Assembly (NCBI GenBank): GCA_963706025.1
Contig: CAVPLM010000005.1
Coordinates: 672,001 to 736,000 of the forward strand
DNA length: 64,000 nucleotides
Source: an uncultured Actinomycetes bacterium
GTDB taxonomy: Bacteria; Actinomycetota; Thermoleophilia; RBG-16-64-13
Reading direction: 5' to 3'
The notes under the pieces were generated by a model. That model ran no database searches. It worked only from the letters and a program-made list of their open reading frames with translations, and had not been told where the DNA came from. This document shows, in pieces, positions 1-9,509 of the stretch. Each line of letters begins with the position of its first letter. Positions within the stretch are counted from its first letter, which is position 1. Position numbers and translations under genes: made by a program.

Positions 1-889
1 CGGGCGGTCTCCGGACCAGACCGAGCCTCTCCAGGATCTCTTCGAGCATGAAGCCTTTGCCCACGCTGTCCTTCATGCCGTGCGTGGCGAGGAAGAACAC
101 GTAGCTGTCCTGGTCGACCTGAGCGAGGATCTCTCCGATGGCACGATCGATGGCCACATAGATCTCTCGGATCGGGTCACCCGTGCGCGCGACCGTATGT
201 CGACGGTAGTTCGGATGAGCCGGGTCATGGAGATGCCAGCATTGATGACCGGCGCAGTGGCCTTCGGTGAATACCTGGACAAAGAAATCCCAGTCATCCT
301 GCTCGAGATAGTGCAGCGTCAGTTCGCACTTCTTACTGACCCCCGCGATGAGTTCATCGCGGAATCGGCGGAAATCCTTCACGCTCCTACCCGGGGAGTC
401 GCAGCACTCTCCGGCTGGATGCCGTCCGAACCGCCGTATCACATCCGCCTCTAGTTCCTGAGGCCATGCCCGAAAGCCGTACACGGCGTCATGGGACCCC
501 CATTCGACGGTCTGGATCCCGTTCACGTCCTTCGAGATCCCCGACAAGGGGACGTCCAGGATGGCGACCTTCTTCCCGGCTCTGCTGAGATGGTTCCAGA
601 ATGGTTCCTGGTTGATGAACTCACCAGGGCTGCACCGATCGAACTCGTACGTTCCCGGTCTGAGCTGGATCATGCGATGAAAGCCGTGTCGCGCCGGATT
701 GACGCCGGTGTAGAAGCACGGCCAGGTCGATCCCTCGTACAGACCGTCGACGCTCGTGGTATCTCCCACGAGACCCCGGGAAAAGAGCGCGCGCAAGGCC
801 GGCAACGTGCCATCCGCAGCCCATTCTCTGAGCAGATGCTTGTCTCCCGCGTCCATCGCCAGGAGTACGATTCTTCTCGGACGAGTCAA
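1..889 (-). CDS. Alkaline phosphatase superfamily protein (type I phosphodiesterase/nucleotide pyrophosphatase-like), runs off the window start
   Basis: Translated by hand (absent from ORF track because no stop is in the window): TTG at 889, MTRPRRIVLLAMDAGDKHLLREWAADGTLPALRALFSRG...STWPCFYTGVNPARHG, typical of this family. Confidence 0.75.
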   Translation of the reverse strand, partial: MTRPRRIVLLAMDAGDKHLLREWAADGTLPALRALFSRGLVGDTTSVDGLYEGSTWPCFYTGVNPARHGFHRMIQLRPGTYEFDRCSPGEFINQEPFWNHLSRAGKKVAILDVPLSGISKDVNGIQTVEWGSHDAVYGFRAWPQELEADVIRRFGRHPAGECCDSPGRSVKDFRRFRDELIAGVSKKCELTLHYLEQDDWDFFVQVFTEGHCAGHQCWHLHDPAHPNYRRHTVARTGDPIREIYVAIDRAIGEILAQVDQDSYVFFLATHGMKDSVGKGFMLEEILERLGLVRRPP

Positions 890-911
890 CTCGGCACGAC
901 CTCACAGACCT

Positions 912-2033
912 TCAGAAACTGTGCATCCAACTGCATCTCTGACAGCCGGGGAACGACCCGCATCGGCGGACGGCCGCGCGGAAGCGCTCGGCCTTCACGT
1001 TGGTCCAGATGTCCTCGAGCCGGTCCTCCCTGATGTTCCCGAGCACGTAGTCGTCGATCCACTCGTCCGGACAGAATCTCACATCGCCGTTGGGTTTGAT
1101 GACGGCCACGCGGAGCGAGGCTCGACACCGTTTGTTCGCCCGGTAGCCCTCGGAGTAGTACTCGCGTATCTCGCCGCCCTGGAGATCTGGGAAGAAGGTC
1201 ACCCCCCTCGTGCCTCTCAGCTGAGAGAGTTCCTCCGACAGCGCCGCCAGATCGATCGACTCGACCGAGGGAAGATGGTGAGCACGCGCTCCTGGAGCGG
1301 ATAGGCCGAGCGCCTTCCCCACCGCGTCCTGGTGGGCCTGCAGTTCCGCGGGGGTGATGAACCACAGGTGGTGGATCACGAATTCGTCGACGCCATCCGC
1401 CGTCTCACTTCTGATGGATCCAACGGTCTCCCGCAGGCGACCGACGACCGAGGGGCCTATGGTCACGTTGACGGTGATGACGGGCTTCGCGCCGCCGCAT
1501 GCTGCCCGTACTCGCAGGACCTCGTTGAGGTTCTCCACCACCCGTGCGTAGACACCCGGTCCACGCAGAGCATCATGGACATCGGGAGGCCCATCCAGCG
1601 AGATGTTCAGATTGTCGACGCCCAGCCTCACAGCCGTGCTGATCAGCTCGGTGTCGAGAAGGGTCCCGTTGGTCGTGAGCGACATCGGCAGCCCGTGCCG
1701 CTTGACGCACGCCGCTATCGTTCCGAGATCGTCCCTGATCAGCGGCTCCCCTCCACCCAGGTAGATGTTGGGACGATACGCCGCCAATCGCTCGATGAGG
1801 CCCAGGACCTCGTCCGTCGTCAGCTCGGACGTGCCATAGCGATCGCCGACACCGTTCGTCCCGTGAAACCAACACATGTCGCAGCGCAGGTTGCACCGGT
1901 TGGTCAACTCGATGTCGATGAAGGCGGGCAACCCGCCAGGCCTGTGGGGCCGGCGAAGCCCCGGTGGTACCAGCCATCGCGGCACCAGAAGCCCAAGGCG
2001 CCTTCTCCAGGGGGCACGAGCCGTGTCAGGCAT
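912..2033 (-). CDS. Radical SAM protein with SPASM/twitch-like C-terminal domain
   Basis: CNLRCDMC (CxxxCxxC), GGGEPL, TTNGTLL; C-terminal C...PNGDVRFC...CQRC; ATG at 2033 overlaps the upstream stop. Confidence 0.85.
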   Translation of the reverse strand: MPDTARAPWRRRLGLLVPRWLVPPGLRRPHRPGGLPAFIDIELTNRCNLRCDMCWFHGTNGVGDRYGTSELTTDEVLGLIERLAAYRPNIYLGGGEPLIRDDLGTIAACVKRHGLPMSLTTNGTLLDTELISTAVRLGVDNLNISLDGPPDVHDALRGPGVYARVVENLNEVLRVRAACGGAKPVITVNVTIGPSVVGRLRETVGSIRSETADGVDEFVIHHLWFITPAELQAHQDAVGKALGLSAPGARAHHLPSVESIDLAALSEELSQLRGTRGVTFFPDLQGGEIREYYSEGYRANKRCRASLRVAVIKPNGDVRFCPDEWIDDYVLGNIREDRLEDIWTNVKAERFRAAVRRCGSFPGCQRCSWMHSF

Positions 2034-2958
2034 CGGCCGGACGGTAAGGCGGTCCACCAAGTATCGTTTCGTCGATAAGCCGATAGATGGTCTCATCGAC
2101 ATCGGGATCGAACTTCCGGGCGTACAGAGCCGGAGAACCGACAAGAGCAGCCAGATCATCGACAGTCATGACCGCGGGGTGAGCTCCACCCATGCACCAA
2201 TCGGTGTGGTGCAGATTGTGACCGGCATTGCTTTCTGCCAGTTCTGAGTTGCCGAGCACGATCTGGAAGAAGAGCTCATCAGGACAGCATACATACTTGA
2301 AGTACCTTACAAACGACACCTCTCGCTTGACGAACTCGTCCACGTACTGGGCGCACGCCTTTGACATCACCCATTGCGCAGAGCCGGTGTACGGCGTGTA
2401 CCCCCTCAGGGGCCTGCGCTTCTTGGGCATGCAGTAAGAGAGGACGTGGATCGGCCACTTGCGAGGCGTGCGCAGTATCACCAGGCCGGCGTTTCTCCTG
2501 GGCAGCAAGAACGGCTTACCCAGCATGCGCACGTGCCAGGACCGCAGCCTCGTAGCCGCCTCGGGCCAGTCTCTGCAGGGCACCGGGTGGAGATCGAGGT
2601 ATGACCGGCCGGCGCTGCGCTCGAGGAAGGTGCTGATGTAGTCGTTGGTCTTGATCGGGTAGTCCTGGCCGGTCAGGAGCGCCACGTAGCCGGCGGAAGG
2701 TTGCCTCCGAAGAACCTCGCCGATACCCTCCAGAGTCGCGCGGACAAGTCCGAACTCACCCCAGCGGCTCAGGTAACGCTTCAGGAAGTACACGTTGGGC
2801 AGATGGTCGAGGCCGTTCACGAACTGCTGGTAGACCTCGTTCTTTGTCTTCTTGTCGATGTGTATGAAGAAGCTCGCCTCGCTGCTGTTCAGCCTGGAAA
2901 CGAGACGCATCAGCTGCTCTGGGTTCTTGTGTACGAGAATGATGTAGGCGATCTTCAA
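2026..2958 (-). CDS. GT14 / core-2-I-branching beta-1,6-N-acetylglucosaminyltransferase-like glycosyltransferase
   Basis: KIAYIILVHKNPEQL, FFIHIDKK, WGEFGLVRATL, LLTGQDYPIK, GSAQW, PDELFFQ, YARKFD motifs. Confidence 0.85.
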   Translation of the reverse strand: MKIAYIILVHKNPEQLMRLVSRLNSSEASFFIHIDKKTKNEVYQQFVNGLDHLPNVYFLKRYLSRWGEFGLVRATLEGIGEVLRRQPSAGYVALLTGQDYPIKTNDYISTFLERSAGRSYLDLHPVPCRDWPEAATRLRSWHVRMLGKPFLLPRRNAGLVILRTPRKWPIHVLSYCMPKKRRPLRGYTPYTGSAQWVMSKACAQYVDEFVKREVSFVRYFKYVCCPDELFFQIVLGNSELAESNAGHNLHHTDWCMGGAHPAVMTVDDLAALVGSPALYARKFDPDVDETIYRLIDETILGGPPYRPADA

Positions 2959-3360
2959 CCGGAGAAAAACCCCTCTCGCCGGCGGAGTGCGTCCCGCTGC
3001 GCCTCGGCCGGATCGCCCTGCCTGCCTCCACATACCGAGACCCGAGTGGGTTCGTTGTCTGCGTACGATCTGAGCGCTGCTCCACAGGCCAGCCTAGACC
3101 GGATGGACGCGCAAAGCAAACCCTCTCGGCGAAGCCGGAGGCCCGCACGGCCAAGAACAAGAAGCGCACTTGAGTTGAACCCCTGGCACTGTTCAGCGAG
3201 GGGGCTCCTCCTGTTCGGCCAGCATCATGTCCTCTTTCGTGGACCAAGCAAAGGCGCTCAGCGCGAAGTACCTCGGGGCGTAATAGGGCTGGCTTAGTTC
3301 CCAGGCTGCTCGTGCGTTTGTCTTGGAGCGTATTGTTGGTCGCTGCGGTAGAATTATGTC

Positions 3361-3390
3361 TTGACAGACTATCCACCTTCGTAATAGGAT
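3361..3390 (+). promoter_or_regulatory. Putative sigma70 promoter for the riboswitch-tasA-sipW unit
   Basis: TTGACA-N18-TAGGAT in an AT-rich intergenic stretch. Confidence 0.45.
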
Positions 3391-3465
3391 ATAAAAGCGC
3401 TCATACTTTTTCGTTTGAGTGCATAGGGCGGGCCGGGCGAGCGGAGTCCGGGCTGTTATCCACGA

Positions 3466-3545
3466 GAAGGGCAAACCCGTCGTAAGGCGGGGACGCAAAA
3501 CCATCGGTCCAGTCTATTGGTTCCACTGGGCGGCCGGGTTGCCGG
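3466..3545 (+). ncRNA. c-di-GMP-I (GEMM) riboswitch
   Basis: GGCAAACCCGTC-GTAA-GGCGGGGACGCAAAACCATCGGTCC...GGGCGGCCGGGTTGCC matches the GEMM consensus; an alternative hairpin CGGCCGGGTTGCCG/CGGCACCTGGCTG followed by a T-run (3531-3574) overlaps the aptamer 3' strand. Confidence 0.85.
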
Positions 3546-3740
3546 GATTTCGGCACCTGGCTGCTTTTTGTTTCTGTACGGCCTCCCTTTGGGTCTTCGG
3601 TCGATTGGAGACACTCAGGCCGCGGACTGCTGTTCTGTCCCAGATCGGTCAGAAGCGGGGGAGGTGCTGCTGTTTGATCAACTGCTCTCTGAGTTTCACA
3701 AGCGCCAGCGCAAGAAGAAAGAAGAGAAAAGAGGATCGAC

Positions 3741-4385
3741 ATGAAAAAGAGGTATCTTGTTGCCCTTATCGTTGTCGTGGTGATAGGAATAATGGCAGGG
3801 GGAGCGGTCGGAACTGCGGCCTGGTTCACTGACACGGACTCGATCGCAGGAAATAGTCTCGCTGCCGGCAAGCTGCAGATCGACCTTCGGGCGGATGGTG
3901 GTGGCGCCGTCGTCCCGATGGTCGTATCCGGCATGTTCCCGGCTGAATCTGGCGATCTAGGAGCCTGGGTTCCGGTCGGACAGACCTTCCGCCTCAACGC
4001 CTACAACGACAAGTGGCCCGAGGATGGAATCACCCCGCTGCCTCTCAAGTACCAGCTCGCGTTTGCGAACATCGTTCCGTCGGGGGGAACCGGAGGCGTG
4101 GCGCTTCAGAACAAGCTTTGGGTGCATGTCGACGGCTGGTATGGCGGCATGGCTCCCGGTGCTTGGGTTCCTGTCTTCGAGGGGCCGTTCAATGACTTCC
4201 TCCTGCAGTCAACGGTGAACGGTGAGGTCCGCCTGCACAACGGTGGCATTCTCGATCCCAACAACTCGAGCCTCTACCGGTTCCAGTTCCGCCTGGATTC
4301 GAGTGCCGGCAACGACTATCAGGGTGCGAAGATTGTGTTCGACGTAAAGATAGACGCCTACCAACCCAATGATCCCGTCTTCTAA
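3741..4385 (+). CDS. TasA/CalY-like protein with SipW-type signal peptide
   Basis: MKKRYL-hydrophobic-GTAAWFTDTDSIAGNSLAAGKLQIDL and C-terminal AGNDYQG...FDVKIDAYQ; adjacent to a sipW-like gene. Confidence 0.8.
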   Translation: MKKRYLVALIVVVVIGIMAGGAVGTAAWFTDTDSIAGNSLAAGKLQIDLRADGGGAVVPMVVSGMFPAESGDLGAWVPVGQTFRLNAYNDKWPEDGITPLPLKYQLAFANIVPSGGTGGVALQNKLWVHVDGWYGGMAPGAWVPVFEGPFNDFLLQSTVNGEVRLHNGGILDPNNSSLYRFQFRLDSSAGNDYQGAKIVFDVKIDAYQPNDPVF

Positions 4386-4436
4386 GGCGACTGAGCACGA
4401 GAGCAAGGATATCTGAGCGGGCCAGGCAGAGCTGAG

Positions 4437-5336
4437 ATGCAAAAGCCACTGATCTACCTGGGCTTCGGAGGAGGCGTGGGGGCGGCCGGGCACCGGGCGT
4501 TTCTCGCTCTCTCCCTTCAGGATTGGGAGGAGCCGAGCGTCAAGCCGGCTCCTCCCCCCTCTCACCCAGTGCCGACAAGAAGCACGCAATCGGAGCGAAC
4601 GCGCGGACGATGGTGGAAGCTCCTGTCACACGTCGCCACCGTGTTCCTTGTCCTGGTCCTGTGTTTCGTTGTGGCCGTCGGGTATGGACTTCTCGACAAC
4701 CGCTGGTATCACGTTCTGGCTGTAGACGGCGGCTCGATGCAGCCGACGATCGACTGGGGTGACCTCATAGTCATCACAAAAGCTCCCAAAGAGCTGAAAC
4801 CGGGCATGATCGTGACCATGCAGGTCAAGGACAAGATCGTAACCCACCGGGTGCTGCAAGTGGACCCGCTGGTGACTCAAGGTGATGCCAATGGCGCTCC
4901 GGACACGTGGAAGCTGGAGGACGTGCGAGTTGTCGGTGTGGTCCGGTTCTGGGTCCCGAAGTTGGGCCGAATGCTGGAGAACGTGCACCTCACCGCATCG
5001 GCATCCGGTGCTTGGTTCCGTCGCAGCGAGGGGGTGTCTGGTGAGGTGAGTGCAGGCCATTGGGAGGTTACAGAAGAAGAAACGACGGGGACGGCCGACG
5101 CTGTGCTGAATCCGGACACCACATTGTCAACCATGGAGTTGCCAGCCGAACGAGCGCCCGACGCTGCGGGCGGAGATTCACCTCCGGTCAGCACGGTGGT
5201 CATCGACTCGAGCGAGCCGGCACCACCGCCAGACACTGAGACGACGACCGGCTCGTCTGAGTTCACGACCACGACCGTCGAGCTGCCGCCGGACCCGCTG
5301 ACCACCCCTACAGGCGCGACGACTCCCACGAGTTGA
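4437..5336 (+). CDS. sipW: SipW-like (ER-type) signal peptidase I with a Thr/Pro-rich C-terminal tail
   Basis: TM segment, then GGSMQPTI..GDL, IVTHRV, TQGDAN..D motifs; true start may be downstream of 4437. Confidence 0.75.
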   Translation: MQKPLIYLGFGGGVGAAGHRAFLALSLQDWEEPSVKPAPPPSHPVPTRSTQSERTRGRWWKLLSHVATVFLVLVLCFVVAVGYGLLDNRWYHVLAVDGGSMQPTIDWGDLIVITKAPKELKPGMIVTMQVKDKIVTHRVLQVDPLVTQGDANGAPDTWKLEDVRVVGVVRFWVPKLGRMLENVHLTASASGAWFRRSEGVSGEVSAGHWEVTEEETTGTADAVLNPDTTLSTMELPAERAPDAAGGDSPPVSTVVIDSSEPAPPPDTETTTGSSEFTTTTVELPPDPLTTPTGATTPTS

Positions 5337-5627
5337 CGACCAGCCGAAGTTAATGGCGGCCGCTGCAGCGGGACATCGCTGCGCCCACGATTCCCCAGCG
5401 AGAGAGACGGCCCCTTCTTGACCTGACAAGTGCCTAGTCGAACACGACAGCATGAAGCCGTTCTGGATTAAGAAGTGGCACCGACTGCAATGGCAGCCCT
5501 TCAACGAACTCCCACCCCGCCAACTCCAGCAGACACCCCTCCAGCCCCTGGATGACCGTCTCCCTGCTGATCGAGGCCGCGATCAGAAGGGATTGGAACA
5601 ACTGCTGACCGGCGCCTTTGGGCGTCT

Positions 5628-5865
5628 GATGAAGAACCTGGAACTCCCCCCGGTCCGCTTTCACGATCTCCGGCATGGGCACATCACCCATCTGCTGCTG
5701 AGGGGGGTGCCATTCAAGGTAGCAAGCGTCCGGGTGGGACACTCAGGGGCTGCGATCACCGCAGATCTGTACGGGCGCCTTCTCCCCGGTGCCGATGAGC
5801 AGGCCGCGGCGAAGATGGACGATGCCTACTGGCCCAAACCCCGTGCGGCAGTCGACGGCAGCTGA
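5628..5865 (+). pseudogene. C-terminal remnant of a tyrosine recombinase/integrase
   Basis: RFHDLRHGHITHLLLRGVPFKVASVRVGHS...TADLY (box II plus catalytic Tyr); N-terminal and core domains absent; abuts a tRNA-Leu fragment. Confidence 0.85.
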
Positions 5866-5953
5866 AAGTCGTGCGGCAGTCGTGCGGCCACCGGGGCAAA
5901 ATGGATTGCATGCACATGTGAACAAAAGCAGAAAAACGCTGGAAATCACCATA

Positions 5954-6004
5954 TGCCGGAGGCGGGACTCGAACCCGCACGGGCATAGCCCTACGGTGTT
6001 TAAG
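5954..6004 (-). repeat. tRNA-Leu(TAA) 3' fragment, att-like copy 1 (51 bp)
   Basis: Identical to the 3' part of the tRNA at 20432-20513; identity ends exactly at the 5' edge of the anticodon loop. Confidence 0.95.
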
Positions 6005-6156
6005 TTGGAACCCAGCGTTTGTTCTCGTGCGCGGTCGGGCGCGGCAGGGTGCGGTGATGCTCAGGTGTTGGCTGCAACACTGGGCAAAAGCCACCATCCT
6101 GCTGCGCACCCGCGTACTGTCGTGTGCAGTCGTTTGCGGTGGGGTGCGTGCATGTC

Positions 6157-6190
6157 GGGTGGCAACTGGGTGGCAGCTGGGTGGCAATTG
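6157..6190. repeat. Three 11-bp direct repeats GGGTGGCA(A/G)(C/T)T, putative integrase arm-type sites
   Basis: gggtggcaact gggtggcagct gggtggcaatt; the reverse complement resembles TTGCCACC in the Ser-site flanks. Confidence 0.55.
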
Positions 6191-6244
6191 AGAGCCCCCG
6201 CTGGCAGCGCTGGTAGCGGCCAATCGGGGCAAGAACAGCACACG

Positions 6245-6274
6245 GGAGCGGAGGCCCCTAAGGGCCTCCGCTCC
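6245..6274 (-). terminator. GC-rich hairpin downstream of 6338-7066
   Basis: Perfect 13-bp stem ggagcggaggccc/gggcctccgctcc; no clear U-tract. Confidence 0.55.
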
Positions 6275-6337
6275 TCGTCTCTGCCTCGTCGTATCCGAGC
6301 GAGGGTACGGATCGCGGTGGACCGATCCTAGAAGCTG

Positions 6338-7066
6338 TCAAAAGTCCGGGGTGCCCACATGCACCTTGATGTCGCCTTTGAAGAACGGGACGGGATCGTC
6401 CGGTACGTTCATCGGATACCAGAGCCAGGGGGTTGCGGGGTCTGTGGGGTCCCCCGCGGGGACGAATGACCAGGCCATGAATACGTCGTTCCCTTTCCAG
6501 GGCTTACCGAAGTCTAGGAGAACATACCTGAGAGGCATCGAGTCCGGGAAGAGCGGAAGCCACTCCGGCGGCAGTTGGTCGGCCGGCACGTACACCACGA
6601 AGTCGGCTATGTCGGCCTCCGCGAAGGTAGCGAAGCTCGATGGTGGCGATGGCGGGTCTGTCCACCAGTACGTGGGCCACAGCGTGGCGGGGTAGGCCGC
6701 ACCGTGACAGAAATACGCTTGGCTGAGGCTTGGCAGCCCACGCGCAGCCTGGAACGCATCCCAGTACTCGGACTCGAAGCTCCTGCTGCTAAAGCGGTAT
6801 GAATACTCTCCGGCCTTGCCGATGGACTTGTCCAGGTACGTGCCCCTCACGGTTCCGTCCTGCAGTTTCTGCACATGGATCGCATCCATCGTCCAAACAG
6901 GGAGGTCGTCGGTTGGGCTACACAGGAAGCTGGCCGAGACCCAGTTCACCGGCTTCCCGCAGTCCGATCCTCCCGGAGTGGCAAACGCCACTCCGGGCAC
7001 GACGAGCAGCACGACGAGCAGGATGACGGCGAACGCGACTGGAAGTAGTGGTTTCTTGGCTTTCAT
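6338..7066 (-). CDS. Secreted hypothetical protein
   Basis: SD GAGGAGG, ATG at 7066, signal peptide MKAKKPLLPVAFAVILLVVLLVVPGVAFA. Confidence 0.7.
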   Translation of the reverse strand: MKAKKPLLPVAFAVILLVVLLVVPGVAFATPGGSDCGKPVNWVSASFLCSPTDDLPVWTMDAIHVQKLQDGTVRGTYLDKSIGKAGEYSYRFSSRSFESEYWDAFQAARGLPSLSQAYFCHGAAYPATLWPTYWWTDPPSPPSSFATFAEADIADFVVYVPADQLPPEWLPLFPDSMPLRYVLLDFGKPWKGNDVFMAWSFVPAGDPTDPATPWLWYPMNVPDDPVPFFKGDIKVHVGTPDF

Positions 7067-7230
7067 GACGCGCACCTCCTCCTCGGGCAGGATCGGTGTC
7101 CGTACGGAGCGATGCGCGGGCGATACGCTCGTGCGAGGCCCCGTCTTCACGGCCTCCCCGAGCTATAAGTGGGGACAGTCACTTGGTCCCCGTATAGATT
7201 CAGTATAGGCCGGTTTTGACTCTGGGTCAA
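7067..7230 (-). promoter_or_regulatory. Repeated promoter plus structured 5' leader, copy 1
   Basis: TTGACC-N17-TATACT, 5' hairpin GGGGAC..GTCCCC, SD; near-identical to 12688-12853 and 13281-13445. Confidence 0.8.
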
Positions 7231-7331
7231 CAAGGGAGAAAAGAGCCCCCAGCGGCCAAGCGGGTACGCTACCGAAGGGGGCTCTCCCCCATGCTGGGCC
7301 GACATTGTCCGGGGCTCTTCTCCCCCGGCCA

Positions 7332-7598
7332 TCATTCACCATCGTCTGAGGTGGCCTCCTTCTTGGGGGCGATGGTTTTGCGGGCATCGACGGCCTTCTG
7401 GGTGCGCTTGTCCCGCTCCTTGGGAGTGTCCCGTCGCCGCTGCTGGAGGAACTCTTGGAGGTCAGATTCCAGGACCACCCAACCCTCGCCGATGGCCGTA
7501 CCTCGGATCTTGCCCTCGAGTATCCAGGTCTTGATGGTAGACGGCTCCTGGTCGAGCATGCTGGCTACCTTGTCTATGGTGTACGGGGTGTCTAGCAT
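7332..7598 (-). CDS. Excisionase-like (HTH_17/MerR-type) DNA-binding protein
   Basis: YTIDKVASMLDQEPSTIKTWILEGKIRGTAIGEGWVVLESDLQEFL matches the Xis-like HTH pattern. Confidence 0.75.
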   Translation of the reverse strand: MLDTPYTIDKVASMLDQEPSTIKTWILEGKIRGTAIGEGWVVLESDLQEFLQQRRRDTPKERDKRTQKAVDARKTIAPKKEATSDDGE

Positions 7599-7873
7599 GG
7601 CGGTCACGGCCTCCGCTTCTGGGTGTGCTGCCTATGTACTACCACCTTCGCGTCCGATTTATGTAGGTCTACGCGTATTGTACGAACCCGGTCTCCCACT
7701 GGCGGGCGTTTGCGGTAGACGGGGTTGGGGTATTTGGAAACCAGCCCTCGTAGGACGAGGGTATGCAGGGTGGGGTAAGGCGAGGCACGAGTACGTGTCT
7801 CGCTTTCGTTGTTCTGGAAGCGCCATGAGCCCCCGCCGGCCAAGCGTGCCAACAGGCATTGGATCACCCTGAG

Positions 7874-7927
7874 TTGGACGATGCCTACAAACTAGGGCCG
7901 CAGCCTGCGGCAGTCACCAGGAACTGA
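7874..7927 (+). pseudogene. Last 17 codons of a second related integrase
   Basis: LDDAYKLGPQPAAVTRN* versus MDDAYWPKPRAAVDGS* at 5815-5865; same following gtgcggcagtc repeats and same position relative to a tRNA-Leu fragment. Confidence 0.6.
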
Positions 7928-8016
7928 GGAGCCGTGCGGCAGTCGTGCGGCAGTCGGCCTGGATCGGTAGGGTAAGAGCGTTGGGCATGAACAGAAAAGT
8001 CCTGCAAAACCCTATA

Positions 8017-8041
8017 TGCCGGAGGCGGGACTCGAACCCGC
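8017..8041 (-). repeat. tRNA-Leu(TAA) 3' fragment, copy 2 (25 bp)
   Basis: tgccggaggcgggactcgaacccgc identical to the tRNA 3' end. Confidence 0.9.
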
Positions 8042-8269
8042 GAGTGCATGGCTGCACTATTGGCTCCGGTGGCGTCTGGAGAGATCGTCGCCGAGTCAAC
8101 GGTCGTTCCCATCGCGCCGGCCGCCCGATCTCCCAACGGCGCGTCGTTAATCCAAACGGTATTGGGACTGACCCGCTCGTCGAGCAGCTAAGGGAACCCT
8201 TTGGGCAGGCCGATAACTATCATCGTACTGGCCCGCGAGGTTGTTCGCCCCGCGTCGGGAGCCGAGCCG

Positions 8270-9340
8270 ATGGCGGACACTGCGACCAGAGGAGAGACCT
8301 TGACCGCGCGCGAATCGAAAGACACCCGCCGTCACCATATCCGCTGGTGGTTGCTGGCGCTGATCGCCCTGGTGGTGCTTGTGCCCGCTGGTATTGCGGC
8401 ATACCTGGTCAACAGGGAGCCCCCGGAACCGATCTATCTGGCATTCGCGATCACAGCCGATGGAACCGCCGTCGAACTTGGCACCCGGGGGACGGACTGG
8501 CACACGGCCACGGACATCAACGCCGATGGAACTGTGGTGGGAGTAGCCGCGGGGACCGACGGCGCGATCCACGCGTTCCTCTCCCGGGGCGGGACCTTAA
8601 CCGACCTCGGTGCGTCCCGCTACCCCAAGGCGATTAACGACACCGGGCAGGTCCTGGTCGCCAACATGGACCCGGCCCCGGACGGGTGGCAGCCGATCCT
8701 GTGGACCGAGGGAGTGGCGCGCGAACTGACCTCCAACCTTGGCCCCTTGTACGAGGCCAATGACTTGGACAAACAAGGCCTGGTGGTCGGGGAGATCGTC
8801 GCCGCTCCCAAGTCCTACGCCTGGCCCATCGAGGACACCGATCGCCCCACGGGTCCCATCGGGGTCCTTTGGGAGAACGGCCGGGTGACCCTGCTCGAAA
8901 CCGCTGACGCCATGCTGACGCGCACCGTCCGCATCAACGAGGCCGGGACGGTCCTGGGCCAGGGGCGCGTCAAGGGCTCATGGCCGAACCATATCCTCCT
9001 GTGGCAGGCTGGCAGCATTACCGACCTGGGAATAGGCCAGGCCATCGGCATGAACGATCATGGGCAGATCGTGTTGCAGAAGCCGAAGGACAACGACCCG
9101 GGCGAACCTACCCTCTCCTACCTCTGGGAGGCTGGGCGACTCACCCCCCTGAGCAACGCGGACGGCTCCAACCTGCGGCCCTACGACATCAACGGCTCAG
9201 GCCTCGTCGTCGGTCAGATAGACGACAAGGCAGCGTTCTGGCAGAACGGGCGCGTAACCCTCCTGGATCTGCATTCGAAGAACAGCTGGGTCGCCGCGAT
9301 CAGCGACGCGGGGACGATGGTGGGGACGCGGCAGAAGTAG
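8270..9340 (+). CDS. Membrane-anchored HAF-repeat extracellular protein
   Basis: N-terminal TM; repeats ATDINADGTVVG...HAFL...LTDLG, AINDTGQV, DINGSGLVVG. Confidence 0.75.
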   Translation: MADTATRGETLTARESKDTRRHHIRWWLLALIALVVLVPAGIAAYLVNREPPEPIYLAFAITADGTAVELGTRGTDWHTATDINADGTVVGVAAGTDGAIHAFLSRGGTLTDLGASRYPKAINDTGQVLVANMDPAPDGWQPILWTEGVARELTSNLGPLYEANDLDKQGLVVGEIVAAPKSYAWPIEDTDRPTGPIGVLWENGRVTLLETADAMLTRTVRINEAGTVLGQGRVKGSWPNHILLWQAGSITDLGIGQAIGMNDHGQIVLQKPKDNDPGEPTLSYLWEAGRLTPLSNADGSNLRPYDINGSGLVVGQIDDKAAFWQNGRVTLLDLHSKNSWVAAISDAGTMVGTRQK

Positions 9341-9509
9341 GGCTATGGAGCTCGTCGGATCAAGGGTTCGGCAGGAAGACCGCCGTTCATCCTCCAGCAG
9401 ATGCCGCCGTCAACTCCCGGTACGGCCTTCTGCGACCCTCGCGCTGAGCGCGCAACGCGGTCTGCGCGGACTCCCCACTCGGGCAAGAACGTCCTGCCAA
9501 TCAACGACA

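Noticed and set aside
73-297. Short minus-strand ORFs at 73-297 and 621-905
   Set aside because: Alternate frames inside the alkaline-phosphatase-family gene that runs from 889 off the window start.
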